DNA of 64,000 nucleotides from Eutreptiella sp. 'Long Island Sound 2002' (Eukaryota; Protista; Euglenida): NCBI GenBank assembly GCA_964036045.1, contig OZ038379.1, positions 4,836,001 to 4,900,000 of the forward strand, read 5' to 3'. Shown piece by piece: positions 61,701 to 64,000 of this stretch (position 1 is its first letter; each line of letters starts with the position of its first letter). The notes under the pieces were generated by a model. It saw only the letters and a program-made list of their open reading frames with translations, ran no database searches and was not told where the DNA came from. The position numbers and the translations under genes were made by a program.

Positions 61701-62369
61701 TTGAGAGGACGTCATTGAATGGCTGCTGCAGTGGACGGGGCTATAGGGGGCAGAATTTAGGTCCCTGGGACCCATGGCAAGCATCAGATGTTTGAATTTT
61801 TGAGTTTTGAATTGGTTGTGCATGATTCCGCAGGTTTGTGGTTTTCAGGGTTGTTACCTGGATAATCACCGTAATAATTGGCGCTGTGCCCGCGCTGTGC
61901 GCGCGCCTGTGCGAAAACACCCCTGAGAGTGAGCGAACCACGTCCTCGTCAGAACAACAAGAGGCGCTGTTTCCGTCGTTTGCCGTTGTTCTCGTCAAGG
62001 GGGGTCTATGGTCTGCAAGGCCACTGACGTGCCATTTTCTTTTTTGTGGTATGTGCTGAGTGTTTGCCTGCGTCCCAGTGCCATACCACAGAATTCCAGG
62101 GAGGCTGAGGGGCTTGCTTCAGCATCCGGCTCCCCATTGTTGTAGGTGCACTTGAAGGACTTCGCGGTGCCCAGCCGCCGCGAATGGGCCAAGTGGTTCC
62201 CGGACGACGACGTGGACGAATGCGGCGAGAGCATGCTCAACTACCTCCGCTACGTCGTCGTGGAGGTGGTGACGGACTCGACGACGGTGGAGGTGGTGAA
62301 GTGGATGCACAAGATCGTGAACTCCATCGTCGACCACCTGCACGCCGTCCACCACCCCACCGCCGACAG
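31064..62369 (+). CDS. Large multi-exon gene (at least 15 exons, about 1,800 aa, incomplete at both ends): duplicated unknown domain, PDZ, macrodomain-like, receiver-like, ankyrin
   Basis: Fifteen GC3-rich segments, each bounded by C-rich tract plus YAG and GT; phases chain 0-1-0-0-0-2-1-0-0-0-0-0-0-0-0-2. Single-gene status is inferred: many junctions are uninformative phase 0 and one intron contains a scaffold gap. Confidence 0.7.
31531..31802 (+). CDS. Giant gene exon (Pro-rich linker plus [10 protein letters not shown]...NLDPQ)
   Basis: Long pyrimidine tract plus CAG; donor gtcatc; 272 nt, phase 1 to 0. Confidence 0.8.
32169..32384 (+). CDS. Giant gene exon (unknown domain copy 1, ...FVWAHP...YGGYVYF)
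   Basis: gtccgcag acceptor, gtgtgc donor; strong codon bias; joins as [14 protein letters not shown]. Confidence 0.88.
32459..32660. repeat. GC-rich minisatellite, 20-bp subunits in 60-bp higher-order units
   Basis: ggggcgcgcgaaccgccact / ggggcgctagaactgccacc / ggggcgcgccaaccgccccc repeated. Confidence 0.85.
33546..33806 (+). CDS. Giant gene exon (unknown domain copy 1, second half)
   Basis: tgcag acceptor, gtatgg donor. Reads [19 protein letters not shown]...[21 protein letters not shown]...RYVKME. Confidence 0.88.
36237..36436. other. 200-N assembly gap inside an intron of the giant gene
   Basis: Directly visible; the round length suggests a scaffolding placeholder. Confidence 0.99.
36558..36790 (+). 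CDS. Giant gene exon encoding a PDZ-like domain
   Basis: Reads DLGIQLEF...[31 protein letters not shown]...AVSLLVR, matching PDZ LG.., V..I..GSP, I..GD.IL and V.L.VR elements. Phase-2 donor gtccgg fits the phase-2 acceptor at 38965. Confidence 0.82.
38965..39662 (+). CDS. Giant gene exon (unknown domain copy 2)
   Basis: 698-nt open, GC3-rich; contains [14 protein letters not shown]...NGGYVYF; donor gtatgc, phase 1. Confidence 0.9.
41701..42050 (+). CDS. Giant gene exon
   Basis: catccag acceptor (phase 1), gtatgc donor. Contains [24 protein letters not shown]. Confidence 0.88.
42879..43322 (+). CDS. Giant gene exon (unassigned domain)
   Basis: caccgcag acceptor; 148 codons GLKGYDPTF...FFAATESQ. 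Donor gtggag is weak; the frame could instead run to a stop at 43364. Confidence 0.85.
44212..44666. mobile_element. TA-flanked MITE (Tc1/mariner-like) nested in a larger TIR element at 44139-44977
   Basis: ta|cagg(g)n-aaa.ttcgcggcgggattatttcgcc ... ccctg|ta, an inverted repeat of about 50 bp. Outer TIR is gtaccc(c)n..ttgcgcaagcacggcc. A related left end occurs at 4620. Confidence 0.75.
47074..47598 (+). CDS. Giant gene exon (helical region preceding macrodomain-like part)
   Basis: cccgcag acceptor, gtgtgt donor; 175 codons [11 protein letters not shown]...KLQQLLNE. Confidence 0.9.
47599..47660. repeat. (GTGTTT)n microsatellite starting at a splice donor; other SSRs: (CT)n 3116-3142, (CAT)n 38500-38535, (GT)n 51475-51558 and 52686-52742
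   Basis: Directly visible. Confidence 0.95.
48175..48394. mobile_element. hAT-type MITE (TIR about CAGGGATGCATT(A/G)GAAGG)
   Basis: cagggttccattggaagg ... ccttctaatgcatccctg; 8-bp flanks gggcaggg / gggcaagg (7 of 8 match). Confidence 0.82.
48437..48892 (+). CDS. Giant gene exon, macrodomain-like part 1
   Basis: 152 codons including [15 protein letters not shown]...[11 protein letters not shown]...RIRI...[11 protein letters not shown]; G.G.F is the macrodomain diphosphate-binding loop pattern. Confidence 0.88.
50750..50977 (+). CDS. Giant gene exon, macrodomain-like part 2
   Basis: gctcag acceptor, gtgcgc donor; 76 codons [18 protein letters not shown]...[15 protein letters not shown]. Confidence 0.88.
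53565..54025. repeat. Recent tandem duplication of a 222-bp unit
   Basis: 53565-53786 and 53787-54025 are nearly identical; the second has a short extra internal duplication. Confidence 0.92.
54616..54987 (+). CDS. Giant gene exon, macrodomain-like part 3
   Basis: cgcag acceptor, gtgcgc donor; 124 codons [29 protein letters not shown]... Confidence 0.88.
55951..56021 (+). pseudogene. tRNA-derived SINE-like head; relatives at about 515-582 and 9675-9730
   Basis: A box TAGTTCAGCGG, B box GGTTCGAAACCC, residual acceptor pairing GTCTC/GGAGGC; shared cacatg.c.cctg...aaggt...ggttcgaa.ccc core. Confidence 0.6.
56538..56966 (+). CDS. Giant gene exon with receiver (REC)-like pattern
   Basis: 143 codons; NAVVIRLD...AIMCAC...[17 protein letters not shown] echoes the receiver ..iilD and ..a...GAd.yl.KP elements. 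The exon is secure, the domain call tentative. Confidence 0.8.
58836..59045. mobile_element. hAT-type MITE, same family as 5645-5848, ending 17 nt upstream of an exon
   Basis: Same TIR; 8-bp flanks ctcgtctc / cccatctc (6 of 8 match) suggest a decayed TSD. Confidence 0.8.
59063..59689 (+). CDS. Giant gene exon with ankyrin repeat followed by an indel-disrupted coding stretch
   Basis: [39 protein letters not shown] is ankyrin-like. Downstream GC3-biased text hops between frames and returns to the starting frame before donor gtacag at 59690. Confidence 0.65.
60687..61009. repeat. Inverted repeat of about 300 bp with partner at 62902-63204
   Basis: The two segments are near-exact reverse complements apart from poly-G/C tract differences. 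Confidence 0.92.
62146..62369 (+). CDS. Giant gene, last visible exon
   Basis: ttgtag acceptor, gtccgc phase-2 donor; reads [42 protein letters not shown]... No stop, so the gene probably continues beyond the window. Confidence 0.85.
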
Positions 62370-64000
62370 GTCCGCAGGGCGTACGGGACTCCAAAGAGGA
62401 GGGAGTCCGTCGGGGGGGGGGGGGGGGGGGGACAGTGCCGATCCGCCGAATCGCCATCCGGTACGGCCCAATGTGCCGTTGGGCAACCCTACCCACTTAC
62501 CCAGGGCCGTCCGTGAGCATCCAGTTTGTTTCCCCCCCCACACGGACAGGGATTTATGCACGGGCGCTGTACCAGACGGCGGTTGGGTGGGTGATTGAGG
62601 GCCGTTGGGTGGCAACCGTGAGCATTCTGTTCTGTCAGTGTGACGGAGGGAGCCCCCCCCCCCCCTTTACGGACCGATGAGTGGTTCGAGCGCCCGGGAT
62701 CACACCGGTATTCCCCAGCCCCCCCCCCCCCCCCCGCCCCCCACCACCACCACCACCACCAATGAGGTCGAAGGGAAATGTCCGGCGGCCGCTTCGGCCG
62801 GAGCTTTGGGCGGCCGATCCGGCCGAATGGCGGCCACGCCGTCTCCATCAGCCCCCAACGAGCAACGCCCAGGGGCTGCCCCACGGAGGTCTCGAAGGAT
62901 GGGACCGGTCCACACTGCCAACGTGACGCACATGTCCCATGGCTGTGTGGGGGAACGCTCCATTCGGTGGGTGTGGGGGCCCTTCATGGGACACAGGAAG
63001 GCCCCTGGTAGCGTGGGGGTTGTGGCCCCTGACCCCCCCCCACGCCCCGGGGGAGCAGCAGGTCTGCCAATGGGGGGGGGGGGGGGGCACGTGTCAGACA
63101 TGCCACAGCCCGTGCGGGTGTGGCACAGGCCCGTGGGGCTATGGAGCGGATGAAGGTGCGGCGGGTGGCGACTGGTCTGTGGGATCTTCCCCCCCGGACT
63201 TGTGTGTGTACTCGAAATGCTCCGCATGGAACGGGGGATTCAGAGGTGCCCCACGCAGCGGGAAAACGGAGTTTGAACCCCCGCACCCCCCGGGGTCACA
63301 CGCCGCCGCGCGTGTGCGTGAGCCATTCGCTGCAGAGGGGGAGGAGGTCTGTGTCACGCCGAACGGGGCTGCACGGGGCGTTCTTCGCGGAGGCTGGTCC
63401 CTAGTGCGGACAGAGCAAAGCCACGCGCTGCACCTGCCACGGTGCTACTGCCCTTCGTCGGCCGGGCCCTGCGGCCAAGGCATGTCCCCGCGCGCCTCTT
63501 GTGGTGCGGTCCGTGGGTGACAATTGACGGCGGTCGTGGTCAGCGGGGGCCTCTGGGCGCCGCGGGTCTCAGGCATCCTGAGTCCCACACATCGGCCCCC
63601 AGCCCCCGGGATGCTGAAGCAATGTCAATTTTTCAAGAACCCCCCCCCCCCCCCACACGCAGCAAACCGGAAATGCCGACCCCCCCCCGCGTTTCCTCAA
63701 AAGGCAAACTGTCCGGACATGCAGCGCACCACCGATCAGTGACACTTGGGGATCCGCCACCCCCCCCGGCCCCTGTGTTACAGTTCCCACATCATTTGTG
63801 GTGGTGGGCACCCTCCGAACTTCACGGTCTTGGGAATGACTGAGTGTGTGACGCATGGCCGGCGCCGGCGTGGGGGGGGGGGGGGGGGGCATGGGGCTGC
63901 AGCAGTAACTGTGAGCGGAGGGACAGCGGTCCCACTCCAGGGATGCCAATAAGAATGGCGCCAGACTAGGGGGTGGGGGTGGGTGGGGACGGAGTTGGCT

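Noticed and set aside
1-64000. rRNA, spliced-leader RNA, U snRNA genes, telomeric repeats and intact functional tRNAs
   Set aside because: No recognisable signature by eye; all tRNA-like sequences have broken acceptor or anticodon stems. An Infernal/Rfam scan would be needed to exclude divergent copies.
1-64000. Abundant poly-G/poly-C tracts as a dedicated G-quadruplex system
   Set aside because: They are mostly internal parts of the MITE families, and their lengths are unreliable in long-read assemblies.

Overview
Eukaryotic, repeat-rich nuclear DNA with GC3-biased exons separated by 0.4-4.6 kb conventional GT-AG introns packed with MITEs, tRNA-derived repeats and microsatellites. The repeat content resembles what I recall from euglenid (Eutreptiella-like) sequences; that assignment is unverified. 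Most ORFs in the supplied track are spurious. Two spliced + strand genes could be reconstructed by hand with matching intron phases. (1) A ribose-phosphate pyrophosphokinase (PRPS)-family gene at 2054-9658 (5' part incomplete) with substitutions at several catalytic motifs, so possibly a pseudoenzyme. (2) A gene of at least 15 exons and about 1,800 aa at 31064-62369, open at both ends and crossing a 200-N scaffold gap. Its predicted order is: uncharacterised domain, PDZ, second copy of that domain, unknown region, macrodomain resembling the MavL/DUF4804 ADP-ribosylhydrolase type, receiver-like fold, ankyrin repeat. Between the genes (about 12-31 kb) lies a transposon graveyard with DIRS/Gypsy-type RT-RNase H remnants, an RNase H1 plus PHD-like remnant and nested MITEs. 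Most notable: the macrodomain-containing giant protein, the PRPS pseudoenzyme, and four elements built from inward-facing pairs of tRNA-like A/B-box modules. All domain calls come from motif recognition by eye and need profile or structure searches.
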